A stretch of DNA of 64,000 nucleotides from an uncultured Candidatus Saccharibacteria bacterium (GCA_964413015.1 CAYPQZ010000006.1:7070-71069); one strand, 5' to 3'. Shown: positions 1 through 10,202, counted from the stretch's first letter. Numbers and translations are program-made. Notes: generated by a model from the sequence alone, not told the origin.

Positions 1-494
1 TATTTAAGATGGTTGTTTACAACCTTATTCTTCCATCCTAGCTCAAGCTGAGTTATAATTGGGCGTTCTTTATTGTTCATCAGTTTTATGCTGGGTGTTC
101 GATTCCAATAAGACAGCCCCCAGCCTGTTCCGGCATAAAGTCGGTTGCGTTCGTTGATTTCTAAAAAATCATATGAGCCAATCAGAGTAATTCCGGTAGC
201 AAATACCGATGAACTTTTACCATTTTTATAGAATCGAAACGCGCCTATCGTTCCTTCCAGGCCAAGTTCGGCGAGATCCCAGGCGAAACCGATATAAGGG
301 TGTAGAACGTCGTGCTTCATATTATAATTATCGGTAGGGACGATTTTTAAATTTTTGGCCCGCCAATTGACTTGTTCACCGTAATAAAATCCTAGGCCGC
401 AGACAAGATCTTTAGCAATAGCGACTCTGGCCATAGGTATTATTTCTATAGCAATGATAAAGCAAAAGAATAAAGCTACTTTTTTAATATTCAT
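1..494 (-). CDS. Secreted protein, predicted beta-barrel of PagL/acyloxyacyl hydrolase-like type (runs off window start)
   Basis: Hand translation, not in ORF track: MNIKKVALFFCFIIAIEIIPMARVAIA...ELGLEGTIGAFRF...ATGITLIGSYDF...RLYAGTGWGLSY...TQLELGWK; signal peptide, alternating beta-strand pattern; SD GGGAGGG upstream. Confidence 0.5.
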   Translation of the reverse strand, partial: MNIKKVALFFCFIIAIEIIPMARVAIAKDLVCGLGFYYGEQVNWRAKNLKIVPTDNYNMKHDVLHPYIGFAWDLAELGLEGTIGAFRFYKNGKSSSVFATGITLIGSYDFLEINERNRLYAGTGWGLSYWNRTPSIKLMNNKERPIITQLELGWKNKVVNNHLK

Positions 495-736
495 TTTTCC
501 CTCCCTTTTTAGAACATTTTTGTGATTGTAATTGTAAAAGTGCATTAAAATCTTATTTTTGCATCTTGCTCAATAGAATACCTACTATTGTCTGTTTCGT
601 CAAGTTTTTGCTAAAGAAGAACAAAATAGCGATAGTAATAATTGCCATTATTATCGTTATGTCTATCTGATTTTTAATTAAGGGCGGCAAGGAGCCGGCT
701 GCCTGCAATATGGACGCAAAACTTTGTCTGAATGCA

Positions 737-763
737 AAAGTCGGCTTTCGCATAGCCGACTTT
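737..763. repeat. REP-like palindrome family C (AAAGTCGGCTTTCGCATAGCCGACTTT)
   Basis: 10-bp arms; same core recurs at 12588-12660. Confidence 0.85.
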
Positions 764-938
764 ATATTATAACCCTTGCAGAATATTTGTTATTTAACAT
801 GTTTAGTGAAAGGAGTTAATGGAGATGAGATTTCAAACATTAAGGAATGTTAAGAGAATGTTTTAGAACTAACGAAATCGCCTAGAGGAGTCGATTTTAT
901 ATTGAGATAATAAGATGGTTGTAGTATAATTAAAAAAC

Positions 939-1403
939 ATGAAAATAATACCAATTATAATCTCAATCGCGATTGCCCAATCAGCTGGAGCCATTGGTTC
1001 AGTTTTTACCGTCAGCAGTATCGGGACTTGGTTTGAAATTTTAGTTAAGCCGTCTTGGAATCCGCCGTCTTGGCTGTTTAGTCCGGTTTGGATTACCCTT
1101 TATGCTTTGATGGGCGTTGCCGCTTATTTGGTCTGGCAGCAGAAAGGATCAGCAGGAATTAAAATAGCTCTTGTGGTTTATGGAATCCATCTCGGTTTTA
1201 ACGCTTTATGGTCAATTTTATTTTTCGGCTTAAAAAATCCGGGAATTGCTTTTGCCGAAATAATAGTTTTACTGGCTTTAATTATTACAATCACTATTCT
1301 ATTTTGGCGGATTAATACTTGGGCCGGATTATTGCTTTTGCCGTACCTAATCTGGGTTTCTTTTGCCGCTTTCCTCAATTACGCTATTTGGCAATTAAAT
1401 TAA
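939..1403 (+). CDS. tspO: TspO/MBR family tryptophan-rich sensory protein
   Basis: KPSWNPPSWLFSPVWITLY, NALWSILFF, PYLIWVSFA motifs. Confidence 0.93.
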   Translation: MKIIPIIISIAIAQSAGAIGSVFTVSSIGTWFEILVKPSWNPPSWLFSPVWITLYALMGVAAYLVWQQKGSAGIKIALVVYGIHLGFNALWSILFFGLKNPGIAFAEIIVLLALIITITILFWRINTWAGLLLLPYLIWVSFAAFLNYAIWQLN

Positions 1404-1448
1404 AACATTATAAGGGTCGATTTAATAATTAAATATAGGATCAATCAT

Positions 1449-1658
1449 ATAAAAGCAATAAAAACCATAGCTTTAATCTTGGTGATTATTGGCGGCTTGA
1501 ACTGGGGTTTAGTAGGTTTCTTCGGCTATAATTTAGTGGCGGCTCTTTTCGGAGAGATGTCTGCCGTTTCCAAGCTCGTTTACGATTTAGTCGGACTGTC
1601 GGCTTTGGCCCTTATTTTCCTTTCTTTCTCAAAGTCCGAGAACCAGCAAGTTAGTTAA
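1449..1658 (+). CDS. DUF378/YuzA family small membrane protein (ATA start or mutated start)
   Basis: Hand translation IKAIKTIALILVIIGGLNWGLVGFFGYNLVAALFG...VYDLVGLSAL; AGGA 8 nt upstream. Confidence 0.8.
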   Translation: MKAIKTIALILVIIGGLNWGLVGFFGYNLVAALFGEMSAVSKLVYDLVGLSALALIFLSFSKSENQQVS

Positions 1659-1868
1659 AAATTTTAGCCTTTGGTTTGCCAAATCAGACTTAACCTCTGG
1701 CATTAAGTTAATTTTTTGATATGATTAAAATTTAAGATTCAAGAAATATGTCGAGTCTCTTTGACGTCTACGAAAAATTATTAAAATACTCGTTCCCTTT
1801 TTGGTTTTTGCCATATGTTTTTTATCGTTTGCTAATAAAGGATAGACGGGGCAGAAGCGAGTAATCAA

Positions 1869-2312
1869 ATGAAATTGTTAAAAGACAACAATTCCTTGCT
1901 GAAAGTTACTTTCTGGGCATTAATCGTTGTGTTCCTTTTTATTATCTGCCAGTTTTTTGTTCCGCAAGTCAGGGATAGGTTTATGGGTTCTGAAATATTC
2001 CTGATGCCTTTTGGAATTTTCTTTCTGCTGGGAATTATTTTAATTCTGCTGGCTTTGAAAAAGGGAAAAAGCTTACTTAAGAAGTTTTTGCTGTTGACCG
2101 GTATCTCCGCCAGCGGTTTTTTTATAGGGGTTTTTCTACATAATGCTTTTTACGCTTTGGCTGTCTTAACCAAACAAATAACTGTTTTGAGATATTTAAT
2201 GGAGTTACTGCACGAGTCGTTTTTCCTGCTTGGGACTTTGGCTTGCCCTCTGGGTTTTCTGGTCGGCGCCATCGGCTCAATAGTTTTATTCGTGAAGAAT
2301 AAGGAGGAATAA
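1869..2312 (+). CDS. Hypothetical membrane protein (about 4 TM)
   Basis: Hydrophobic segments; LHNAFYAL motif; 3 nt from ychF. Confidence 0.75.
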   Translation: MKLLKDNNSLLKVTFWALIVVFLFIICQFFVPQVRDRFMGSEIFLMPFGIFFLLGIILILLALKKGKSLLKKFLLLTGISASGFFIGVFLHNAFYALAVLTKQITVLRYLMELLHESFFLLGTLACPLGFLVGAIGSIVLFVKNKEE

Positions 2313-2315
2313 TTT

Positions 2316-3377
2316 ATGTCTCTGTCCGTAGGGATTGTTGGTTTGCCAAATGTGGGCAAATCAACTTTGTTTCAAGCTATTACTAAAAAACAGGTTGACT
2401 GTTCCAATTATCCTTTTTGCACCATCGATCCTAACGTCGGCGTAGTAGCGGTGCCTGACCCGAGAGTTGATCAATTGGCTGAATTGACCAATTCAGCCAA
2501 AAAAATCTATACCACCATAGAGTTTGTGGATATTGCCGGGTTAGTTAAAGGAGCCAGCCAAGGCGAAGGATTAGGTAACAAATTTTTGGCCAATATCCGG
2601 GAAGTTGACCTGCTCGTCTATATCCTGCGTTGTTTTAAGAACGAAAAAATTGTTAACACCGAGTCAGAAATTGACCCTTTAGGCAACAAAGAAATTTTAG
2701 AAACCGAGATGGCCTTAAAGGATTTGGCTACAGTGGATAAGAGGGTTAAGGACTTATCAAAAGAATCCAAAGCCGGCGATAAAAAAGTTCTTAAGGAATT
2801 GGCCGTTTTAACCAGAGCGCGTGATTTTCTGCAAGCAGGGAAAATCTTAGCCGGTGAAAACTGGGAGGAATCGGAAGAAAAAATTTTAAACAATTACCAA
2901 TTATTAACTCTTAAACCAAGATTGTATTTGCTAAACGGGAATGAAGACGAAGTCCCCGCAAGGGTGATTGAGGAATTTAAGAAGCATAATTGGCATTTTT
3001 TAATTCTGGACATTTTGACCGAATTTGACGCGGCCGGGTTAAGCGCTGAAGAGAGGAAAGAATTTGATTTGCCGGATGATTTGAGAATTGATACTTTGAT
3101 AAAAGAGTCCTATAAACTGCTCAATTTGATTACTTTTCTGACTACCGGCTCGGACGAAACGCGCGCTTGGACTCTTGAAAAAGGCAAAAAAGCGCCCCAG
3201 GCTGGGGGCGTTATTCACAGCGATTTTGAAACTCGTTTTATTCGGGCGGAGGTTATTAATTGGCAGGATTTGATTGAAGCGGAAGGATTTGCCAAGGCCC
3301 GAGAAAAAGGATTAATCAGAACCGAAGGCCGGGATTACCTTATCCAAGACGGCGATGTAATTGAGATAAAGATTTAA
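2316..3377 (+). CDS. ychF: Redox-regulated ATPase YchF
   Basis: [43 protein letters not shown]-terminal TGS domain. Confidence 0.97.
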   Translation: MSLSVGIVGLPNVGKSTLFQAITKKQVDCSNYPFCTIDPNVGVVAVPDPRVDQLAELTNSAKKIYTTIEFVDIAGLVKGASQGEGLGNKFLANIREVDLLVYILRCFKNEKIVNTESEIDPLGNKEILETEMALKDLATVDKRVKDLSKESKAGDKKVLKELAVLTRARDFLQAGKILAGENWEESEEKILNNYQLLTLKPRLYLLNGNEDEVPARVIEEFKKHNWHFLILDILTEFDAAGLSAEERKEFDLPDDLRIDTLIKESYKLLNLITFLTTGSDETRAWTLEKGKKAPQAGGVIHSDFETRFIRAEVINWQDLIEAEGFAKAREKGLIRTEGRDYLIQDGDVIEIKI

Positions 3378-3382
3378 GACAG

Positions 3383-3407
3383 TTTTGAGACGTTGGACGT
3401 CTCAAAA
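3383..3407. repeat. REP palindrome TTGAGACGT-TGG-ACGTCTCAA, 5' of RAYT
   Basis: Perfect 11-bp arms, 3-nt loop. Confidence 0.92.
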
Positions 3408-3591
3408 AACTATGAGAAAAACACAATTAGTAAATGGGGAATTCTATCATATCTATAATCGTGGAGCAGATAAGCGAGCTATCTTTGGAGACGAATATGA
3501 TATAAAAAGATTTTTCCAGAGCATGGATGAGTTTAATATCCTTAAACCTATTGGCAGCATCTACAGAAATAATCTTTTAATAAATAAAAAT

Positions 3592-3612
3592 TTGAGACGT
3601 CCAACGTCTCAA
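3592..3612. repeat. REP palindrome inside RAYT CDS (opposite orientation, loop CCA)
   Basis: TTGAGACGTCCAACGTCTCAA, encodes LRRPTSQ. Confidence 0.92.
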
Positions 3613-4052
3613 GTGCCTAAATTGGTTAATTTTATTTGTTTCTGCCTCAATCCCAATCACTATCATTTTATCATGGAACAAATTACAGATAATGGTATAA
3701 GTGAATTTATGAAAAGGTTAGGCGGTGGATATACAAAATATTTTAATGAGAAATACAAACGAAGCGGTGTACTTTTTCAGGGAAGATTTAAATCCGCGCA
3801 TATAAATTCAGATGAGTATTTGTTGCACTTAAGCGCATATGTTAATTTGAATAATCATGTTCATAAACTTAAAGGTTCGAAGGTTCAATTTATAAAATCG
3901 AGCTGGGAAGAATATGTTGGGAGAAGTCAGGAAAATTTTTGTAAAAAAGATATTATTTTAAAACAATTCAACAATTCAAAAGAATATATAGATTTTGCTA
4001 AGAGTTCACTAGAGAATATTATAAAAAGAAAAGAAGCAATGAGCGATTTATT

Positions 4053-4077
4053 AATTGAGACGTTGGACGTCTCAATT
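4053..4077. repeat. REP palindrome at RAYT 3' end
   Basis: AATTGAGACGTTGGACGTCTCAATT. Confidence 0.92.
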
Positions 4078-4974
4078 TAGAAAGCCGTTGATGATAAGGT
4101 TAATGGCCTGCTTTTCGGAAAATCCTCTGGTTCTTAAATAATTTAATTCCTGTTCGGATATTTTCCCGATAGAGGCCTCGTGGGTAAGTAGGGCCTTTTT
4201 GTTTTTAATGATTAGTTCGGGAGAAAGCTTGATTTCAGAATGGTCGTTAACCAATAGCCCTTGGCAGTCTAGATGGCCTTGGCCAGCGGCTTGGGCAACA
4301 ATTTGGCTTTGAGCTTTAATTCGGCTGTTTTTTCTGCCTACCAGACGCAAACGGGTTATCCCATGGCTTCCTTGGCCTTTTAAAATTATAGCATCATTAA
4401 GGTCAACTTTTGAGTTAAGGCAATTAAGCGACATTCTTAAATTGGCTTTTGCCTTTTTAGAAACGTTTACTTTAGTATCCATGGTTAATTCCTTCGGAGC
4501 CGACATGTTTTTATAGATATAGTCCAGTTCTGATTTTTCACTCAGGTCAAATTCGTAGTTTGTTTTAACCGTATTCTTTTCTCCCCACAAATGGTTGTGT
4601 TCGTATTTTAAAATGGCTCCCGGCTTAAGGACGATTTTCCCAGAAGCTTTATGAGAGCCGGAACATTTTTTATCCGTTATATTGCAGGAACCAAAAACCT
4701 TTACCACTAAATTCTTTTCTACAATTAGGAGATTCTGAAGTTTCTGGCTGGTATTTTTATTAGCCAAGCTGATACAGGTGAATAAAGGAGAATTTATTTT
4801 TTCCTTAACCCAGATAAAGTAGCCATATTGGGGCCTTGTTTTAAAATATTTTTTAGTCCAGCTTATTTCTTTCCAGGCCTTGGCGCTGGGAACAATCAAA
4901 GCCCCTTTGATTTGGGAAATATTCTTTATTTTATTATCAACTTGCCAATAATGGGCATTTTTTGCATTTTTCAT
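4072..4974 (-). CDS. SufB/SufD family Fe-S assembly protein
   Basis: GHLDCQGLL, LTHEASIGKI, YLRTRGFSEKQA; adjacent to SufC-like ATPase. Confidence 0.9.
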   Translation of the reverse strand: MKNAKNAHYWQVDNKIKNISQIKGALIVPSAKAWKEISWTKKYFKTRPQYGYFIWVKEKINSPLFTCISLANKNTSQKLQNLLIVEKNLVVKVFGSCNITDKKCSGSHKASGKIVLKPGAILKYEHNHLWGEKNTVKTNYEFDLSEKSELDYIYKNMSAPKELTMDTKVNVSKKAKANLRMSLNCLNSKVDLNDAIILKGQGSHGITRLRLVGRKNSRIKAQSQIVAQAAGQGHLDCQGLLVNDHSEIKLSPELIIKNKKALLTHEASIGKISEQELNYLRTRGFSEKQAINLIINGFLN

Positions 4975-5644
4975 AGCCGTGTTTTTTGATTACTTGAAGG
5001 ACTTTTTGATAATTTCTTTCCCGGCAGATAATTTTTCCGTCAAGCATCACGTTGGTTATCTGCGGCTTTAAGAATTTAAGAATCGTTCCAGAATGGGTGA
5101 TTAGCAGAATGGAGATTTTCTTATCTACCAATTCTCTTTTTATTACCCCGGCGACTTCTTCTATTTTTTTCAAATCCAGCCCGGAATCGATTTCGTCCAG
5201 AATAACCAGTTTGGGATTAAGCGCCAGAATTTGGGATAGCTCGGATATTTTTTTTTCTCCGCCGGAAAAATCAAGATTTACTTCCCGGTCCATTAAATCA
5301 GCCGCTATAAGGTTTTCTTTGTTATCTGTCTGGGAAATTTTATCAATTAAGGAAGAAAGCTTAACCCCTTTTATTGACGGGGGATTTTGCCAGCTTAAGG
5401 CCAGGCCCAGCTTGACTCTTTTTTCAGGCGCCAATTTGGTGATATCTTTTTTATTAAAATAGATTTTTCCCTGTGATATTTGATACTTGGGATTCCCGGA
5501 GATTGTCTGGGCCAGAGTGCTTTTCCCGGAAGCGTTCGGTCCTAAAAAAGCCTGGACTTGCCCTTGTTTTACGGCCAGGTTAACTCCTTTCAAGATTTCC
5601 TTGTTTTCCGCTTTGACTTTTAAATTTTTGACTTCTAAAAGCAT
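4937..5644 (-). CDS. sufC: SufC-like ABC ATPase
   Basis: GPNASGKST, REVNLDFSGGEKK, ILDEIDSGLD. Confidence 0.88.
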   Translation of the reverse strand: MLLEVKNLKVKAENKEILKGVNLAVKQGQVQAFLGPNASGKSTLAQTISGNPKYQISQGKIYFNKKDITKLAPEKRVKLGLALSWQNPPSIKGVKLSSLIDKISQTDNKENLIAADLMDREVNLDFSGGEKKISELSQILALNPKLVILDEIDSGLDLKKIEEVAGVIKRELVDKKISILLITHSGTILKFLKPQITNVMLDGKIICRERNYQKVLQVIKKHGYEKCKKCPLLAS

Positions 5645-5697
5645 AGCTTAAATCTACCATATCTTATCATTTTTTCAATGTATGGTATAATCTGAAT

Positions 5698-6489
5698 ATG
5701 ACCGAGCAAATAGTTTTGGGAATTATTCAGGGCGTTTTTGAATGGCTGCCAATTAGTTCGGAGGGAATAACTGTTTTAGTCGCCAGTAATTTTTTTGGCC
5801 AATTATCTCTTGAAACAGTTATCAGATATTCCTTGTTTCTTCATTTAGGCACTTTTTTGGCCGCTCTAATCTATTTCCGTAAAGACGTCTGGTCTTTATT
5901 AAAAGCGTTGTTGAATTACCGTTTGGCTGAAAAGAACGTCCAAAATATTTTCAAGTTTTTAGTCATTTCCACTTTAGTAAGCGGTTTTTTAGGTTTTGCA
6001 ATTTTTAAAATTTTCTCCGGATTTGAAGAACGACTGGCTTCATCGGCTAAAATGATTACTTTAATAATCGGTTTGCTTCTTCTGGTTACCGCCGGACTGC
6101 AGATTAAAGCAAAAAAAGACAGCCAAAAAAAAGCGAAGCAGTTAAGTCAAAAAGACGGCTGGTTGCTTGGCCTGATGCAGAGTCTGGCTGTCTTGCCCGG
6201 CTTGTCCCGTTCCGGATTGACTGTTTCGACTTTGCTGTTAAGGAAATTTAATGAAGAATTTGCCTTGAAATTAAGCTTTTTAATGAGCTTGCCGATTGTT
6301 TTAGGAGGGAACATCGCTCTTAACTTTAAAGACGCGGAATTTTCCTTATCAATGGTTTGGGGATTAGTTTTTTCCTTTGTTTTTGGATTGGCAACGATCA
6401 GCTTGCTATTAAAACTGGCCAGAAAAATCAACTTTGGCTGGTTCGTGTTTATCTTTGGGATATTGATTATTGCCTCGCTATTTGTTTGA
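5698..6489 (+). CDS. uppP: Undecaprenyl-diphosphate phosphatase
   Basis: GIIQGVFEWLPISSEG, PGLSRSG. Confidence 0.93.
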   Translation: MTEQIVLGIIQGVFEWLPISSEGITVLVASNFFGQLSLETVIRYSLFLHLGTFLAALIYFRKDVWSLLKALLNYRLAEKNVQNIFKFLVISTLVSGFLGFAIFKIFSGFEERLASSAKMITLIIGLLLLVTAGLQIKAKKDSQKKAKQLSQKDGWLLGLMQSLAVLPGLSRSGLTVSTLLLRKFNEEFALKLSFLMSLPIVLGGNIALNFKDAEFSLSMVWGLVFSFVFGLATISLLLKLARKINFGWFVFIFGILIIASLFV

Positions 6490-6504
6490 TGTTAAAATAT
6501 TTAT

Positions 6505-7002
6505 ATGTCGCAAAAAAGAAAATTAGCTAAAAATTTAGAAAAAGTTTCTAAAAAGTTTTTGGATTTTGATGAAAGGAAAAAACTTTTGGATTCGCTGAAA
6601 GGAGATAGGACAGAATGGTTCAGATGGTCGGCTGAAATCAAGAATATTTTTAAAAATTTGGATAAGACAGAAGCGGTTAAGTTTTCCGCCCTGGTTTTGG
6701 CTTTGGAACAGAAACCGGACAGTCGGTTTTGCCTTAATCAGCTTAAAAAGTTTTTAATAGAGAAAACCGAATTTTACAAGTATTACGATTTCAAACTGGA
6801 AAGGGATTTGAAAAAAATAAAAGGGAAAAGCAAGAATCTCTGGATAAGCAAGATTCTACGGCTTTTTATCAGCCGTTCTTTTCTGGGAATTTTAATTTTA
6901 GCTTTAATTCTCGGCTTTATTATCTGGTTTTACACAGATAGGGAGAGCTGTTTGGAATTCGTTAATGGTGTGGTCGGACCATTTTTAAAAGCTATTAAAT
7001 AG
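6505..7002 (+). CDS. Hypothetical protein with C-terminal TM
   Basis: ORF in operon context; one hydrophobic helix. Confidence 0.7.
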   Translation: MSQKRKLAKNLEKVSKKFLDFDERKKLLDSLKGDRTEWFRWSAEIKNIFKNLDKTEAVKFSALVLALEQKPDSRFCLNQLKKFLIEKTEFYKYYDFKLERDLKKIKGKSKNLWISKILRLFISRSFLGILILALILGFIIWFYTDRESCLEFVNGVVGPFLKAIK

Positions 7003-7010
7003 TTAAAATT

Positions 7011-7442
7011 ATGGAGAAAAAAATTCACCATCCAATCATTCGGACGGTTTATCTGTACCTTTTCGCTTTGGTAGGTCTAGTTTTATTAATTATCGGCCTG
7101 GTCCGATTTGTGGATATGGGGCTCAAGGCGTATGTTTTTACCAAGGCCGAAGATGAAGAACGACTCTATGATTTAAAACCGCCAACTCCTTATGAACTTA
7201 TGGAGGTTGTGAGAATCAAGGATAATTCGGAATTGTCCAGAGAACAGAAAGATGCTATTGAAAGATGGCTGGGAGATTACGATGAATGGGTTGAAAGAAG
7301 CGAAAATTTTGACGCGGTAACCGCCCGCCGGCACCGAAACGCATCTACCAATTTATCAATGATTTTGATCGGTTTGCCTTTATTCTTCTATCATTGGAGA
7401 ATTATTCAAAGAGAAACTAAGAAGAAAAAAAAGAATTATTAA
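7011..7442 (+). CDS. Membrane protein, DUF5671-like
   Basis: IRTVYLYLFALVGL...IGLPLFFYHW. Confidence 0.7.
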   Translation: MEKKIHHPIIRTVYLYLFALVGLVLLIIGLVRFVDMGLKAYVFTKAEDEERLYDLKPPTPYELMEVVRIKDNSELSREQKDAIERWLGDYDEWVERSENFDAVTARRHRNASTNLSMILIGLPLFFYHWRIIQRETKKKKKNY

Positions 7443-7456
7443 AAGGATAAATTATT

Positions 7457-8230
7457 ATGGAAATATTAAAAGACAAATTCTTGTTGGGCGTTTTAGTCGT
7501 TTTTTTGGCCGTTTTAACGGTCTCAACGGCGGTTAGCGTTCAGAATAAGATAAAAGAGGGGAAATATATTGGCCAGGAAATTGAGACCAAGAATACAATT
7601 ACGGTTTCAGGCCAAGGAGAGGTCTATACCAAGCCGGATTTAGCTTTAGCTGTCTTTTCGGTTGAAACAGAGGCTAAAACAGTTGTTCAGGCAATGTTGG
7701 AGAATACAGACAAGATGAACAATATCATTAATAAGATGAAAGGCGCGGGGATTAAGGAGAAAGATTTGAAAACCACTGATTTTAATCTTTACCCCCGTTA
7801 TGAGTATAGGAGGGAGAGCAGTATTTACCCAACTGGAGAGCGAGTGTTAGCCGGCTATAACGTTACCCAGTCACTTCAGGTAAAAATCCGTGATTTGGAT
7901 AAGATCGGTGGAGTAATTCAGCAAGCGACTGACGCTGGAGCCAACCAGGTAGGCAGTCTGCAATTTACCGTTGACGATGAAGACGAATTTAAGAATCAGG
8001 CCAGGAAATTGGCAATTCAAGAAGCCAGGGACAGGGCCGAAGCCATCGCCGACCAATTGAGCGTGAACTTAGTCAGGGTTGTTAGTTTTAGCGAGAGCGG
8101 TTATGCGCCAAGCTATGATTACAGTTTAATGGAAAAAGCGCCGGTTAGCGGCGGCGGAGAAACGCCGCAGATAGAAACCGGAGAAAACAAAATCCAAGTT
8201 TCCGTAAGCATCACTTACGAGATAAATTAA
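7457..8230 (+). CDS. SIMPL (DUF541) domain protein
   Basis: ITVSGQGEVYTKPDLA, GANQVGSLQF, GENKIQVSVSITYEI. Confidence 0.9.
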   Translation: MEILKDKFLLGVLVVFLAVLTVSTAVSVQNKIKEGKYIGQEIETKNTITVSGQGEVYTKPDLALAVFSVETEAKTVVQAMLENTDKMNNIINKMKGAGIKEKDLKTTDFNLYPRYEYRRESSIYPTGERVLAGYNVTQSLQVKIRDLDKIGGVIQQATDAGANQVGSLQFTVDDEDEFKNQARKLAIQEARDRAEAIADQLSVNLVRVVSFSESGYAPSYDYSLMEKAPVSGGGETPQIETGENKIQVSVSITYEIN

Positions 8231-8285
8231 AAGAGACTTAAAAGGCTGTTTTTTGCGCTTAAGGATTGTTATTGAAGAAGGCATA

Positions 8286-8465
8286 AAGGACAGTCCTTAA
8301 AATAATGTTTCTTAACGATAAGGACAGTTCTTATCAGCTTGTCTTATCGGATTCCCCCCCTTGTCAAAATTTAAGGAGTCGTCCTTTTCCTCCAGAGGCG
8401 GACAGGCGGACACGCCCTTTGTCTGCGGCAAAGGGAAGTGATCCTCAATGACAATCCTTAAATTT
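8286..8465 (-). repeat. Composite palindromic element A+B (A 8361-8465; degenerate B 8286-8335)
   Basis: TTGTCAAAATTTAAGGAGTCGTCC...GACAATCCTTAAATTT matches other copies. Confidence 0.9.
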
Positions 8466-8511
8466 AAATTTCTCTGGACAAAATAAATCTCCCTGTTATA
8501 ATTACCTAATT

Positions 8512-10131
8512 ATGAGTAAAAAGAAAATTATTGTGATTTCCAGCACAGCCGTTATTGTAATAGGCGGTTATTTTTCTTTTCAGGGAATTTTTGGCAAGCC
8601 GGATAATGATTATTCGGTTTTCCCGGTTGCCAAAGGAGAAGTTATCCAAAATGTTTCGGTGACTGGCACGGTTATTCCGGCTAAACAGATTGACTTGCAG
8701 TTTGAGAATCAGGGCAAAATTAGCCGTATTGAAGCGCAGATTGGGGACGAAGTTCAAGCCGGAGATATTTTAGTCAGGTTAAACTTTTCTGAATTAAGCG
8801 CTCAGCTGCAGGCCAATTATGCCGCTTTGGATATTGCACAAGCCAAACTGGACCAGATTTTAGCCGGCAATCGCCCGGAAGATATCCAGGTTTATCGGAC
8901 CGCGGTCACTAATGCGGAAGTTGAAGTGAGTAACAAAGAACAGGCCTTGACTGACGTTCAAACCGACGCGGACAGCGATTTGAAAGAGGCCTATGAAGAC
9001 GCTTTAGATACTGTCAAAAGCGCCTATACCTCGGCCGATAAAGCGCTTTTAATCACTTTTGCCAGAATTAGGAGCGAATATTTCAACGGGAACAACCAGC
9101 TGGCTCTCAATGTTAAAAGCAAAGAAACTGCTGCTAAAAATGATTTGTCAGCAGCCAAAGAGTATTTAAAAGCGGCTGAAGTCGATTCTGTTTACAGCAA
9201 AATTGACCTGGCCTTGGATAAAATGGAGTCGGCCGTTACCAGCATTCGGAGCGCCTTGGCATATATCCGGTCCGCTATGGATGACCCCAGCGTTTCCAAC
9301 AGCGTTTCTTCTTCTGACGAGACCAGCATTGATAACGAAAGGACCAGCATTGACGATGAGTTAGTTAATCTGACTTCGGCCGAACAAACCATCAATTCAA
9401 TTCGGGTAACCAACCAGAACAATATCAATACCGCCCAGTCAAACCTGGATTCAGCTGAAACAGCTTTGGAAAAAGCTAAAAACGAATTAGCTTTGAGAGA
9501 AGCTGGGCCGCGCCAGTCCGATATTGATTTAGCCCAGGCTGAAGTTAATCAGGCCAGAGCCAATATTACCCAAGTTCAGGCGAGAATTAGCAAGACAATT
9601 TTGAGAGCTCCGGTGGCCGGCACGATTACCACGGTGGAGGGCGAGGAAGGTGAAATCGCTTCAGTCAATTCAACCATTGTTTCAATGATTAGCGCCGGTT
9701 CTTTCCAGATTGAAGCCAATGTTTCTGAAACTGAAGTGGCCAAGGTGGAACTGCAGGACCGGGTTGAAATGACTCTGGACGCCTTGGGGCCGGAAGAAAA
9801 ATTCGTCGGACAAATTATTAAAATTGACCCGGCTGAAACGGTTGTTTCCGGAGTTATCTATTACAAAGTGACTTCGGTTTTTGATTCAGAAGATTCCCGG
9901 ATAAAATCGGGCATGACCGTTAATTTGGACATCCAGACGGATAAACGGGAAAACGTTTTGTACTTGCCCTATTATCTAATCAAAGAAAGAAATGGCGACA
10001 AATACGTTTTAGTTCTGGAAAATGGCGAAGTTAAAGAAAGAACAATCGAAACGGGCATTGAGGGAGAAAACAGCGTAGAAATTACCCAAGGACTTTCAGA
10101 AGGAGAGGAAGTTATTATGGAGCAGGAGTAG
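8512..10131 (+). CDS. Efflux periplasmic adaptor (MacA/HlyD-like MFP)
   Basis: N-terminal TM, lipoyl halves (VQAGDILV; LRAPVAGTI), long coiled coil, GMTVNLDI. Confidence 0.9.
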   Translation: MSKKKIIVISSTAVIVIGGYFSFQGIFGKPDNDYSVFPVAKGEVIQNVSVTGTVIPAKQIDLQFENQGKISRIEAQIGDEVQAGDILVRLNFSELSAQLQANYAALDIAQAKLDQILAGNRPEDIQVYRTAVTNAEVEVSNKEQALTDVQTDADSDLKEAYEDALDTVKSAYTSADKALLITFARIRSEYFNGNNQLALNVKSKETAAKNDLSAAKEYLKAAEVDSVYSKIDLALDKMESAVTSIRSALAYIRSAMDDPSVSNSVSSSDETSIDNERTSIDDELVNLTSAEQTINSIRVTNQNNINTAQSNLDSAETALEKAKNELALREAGPRQSDIDLAQAEVNQARANITQVQARISKTILRAPVAGTITTVEGEEGEIASVNSTIVSMISAGSFQIEANVSETEVAKVELQDRVEMTLDALGPEEKFVGQIIKIDPAETVVSGVIYYKVTSVFDSEDSRIKSGMTVNLDIQTDKRENVLYLPYYLIKERNGDKYVLVLENGEVKERTIETGIEGENSVEITQGLSEGEEVIMEQE

Positions 10132-10202
10132 TTAGGGGTAAAAGATAAATTTGAAAAATTTAAGAATTATCGTTAAGTCATCAAAGGATAACCGGCTTTC
10201 AA

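Larger units (their letters stand above)
3412..4080 (+). mobile_element. REP-associated tyrosine (Y1/HUH) transposase, RAYT-like
   Basis: FYHIYNRG, CLNPNHYHF (HUH), YTKYFNEKYKRSGVLFQGRF, catalytic Y in AYVNLN; flanked by REP palindromes; ATG at 3412 preferred over TTG 3385. Confidence 0.9.

Noticed and set aside
680-735. Resemblance to a c-di-GMP-I riboswitch (GGACGCAAAAC, AGCCGGCTGC)
   Set aside because: Motifs are in the wrong order and the GGCAAA/GAAA tetraloop stem is missing; would need cmsearch
1748-1864. 38-aa ORF MSSLFDVYEKLLKYSFPFWFLPY... upstream of 1869
   Set aside because: Plausible small protein but no recognisable motif or independent support
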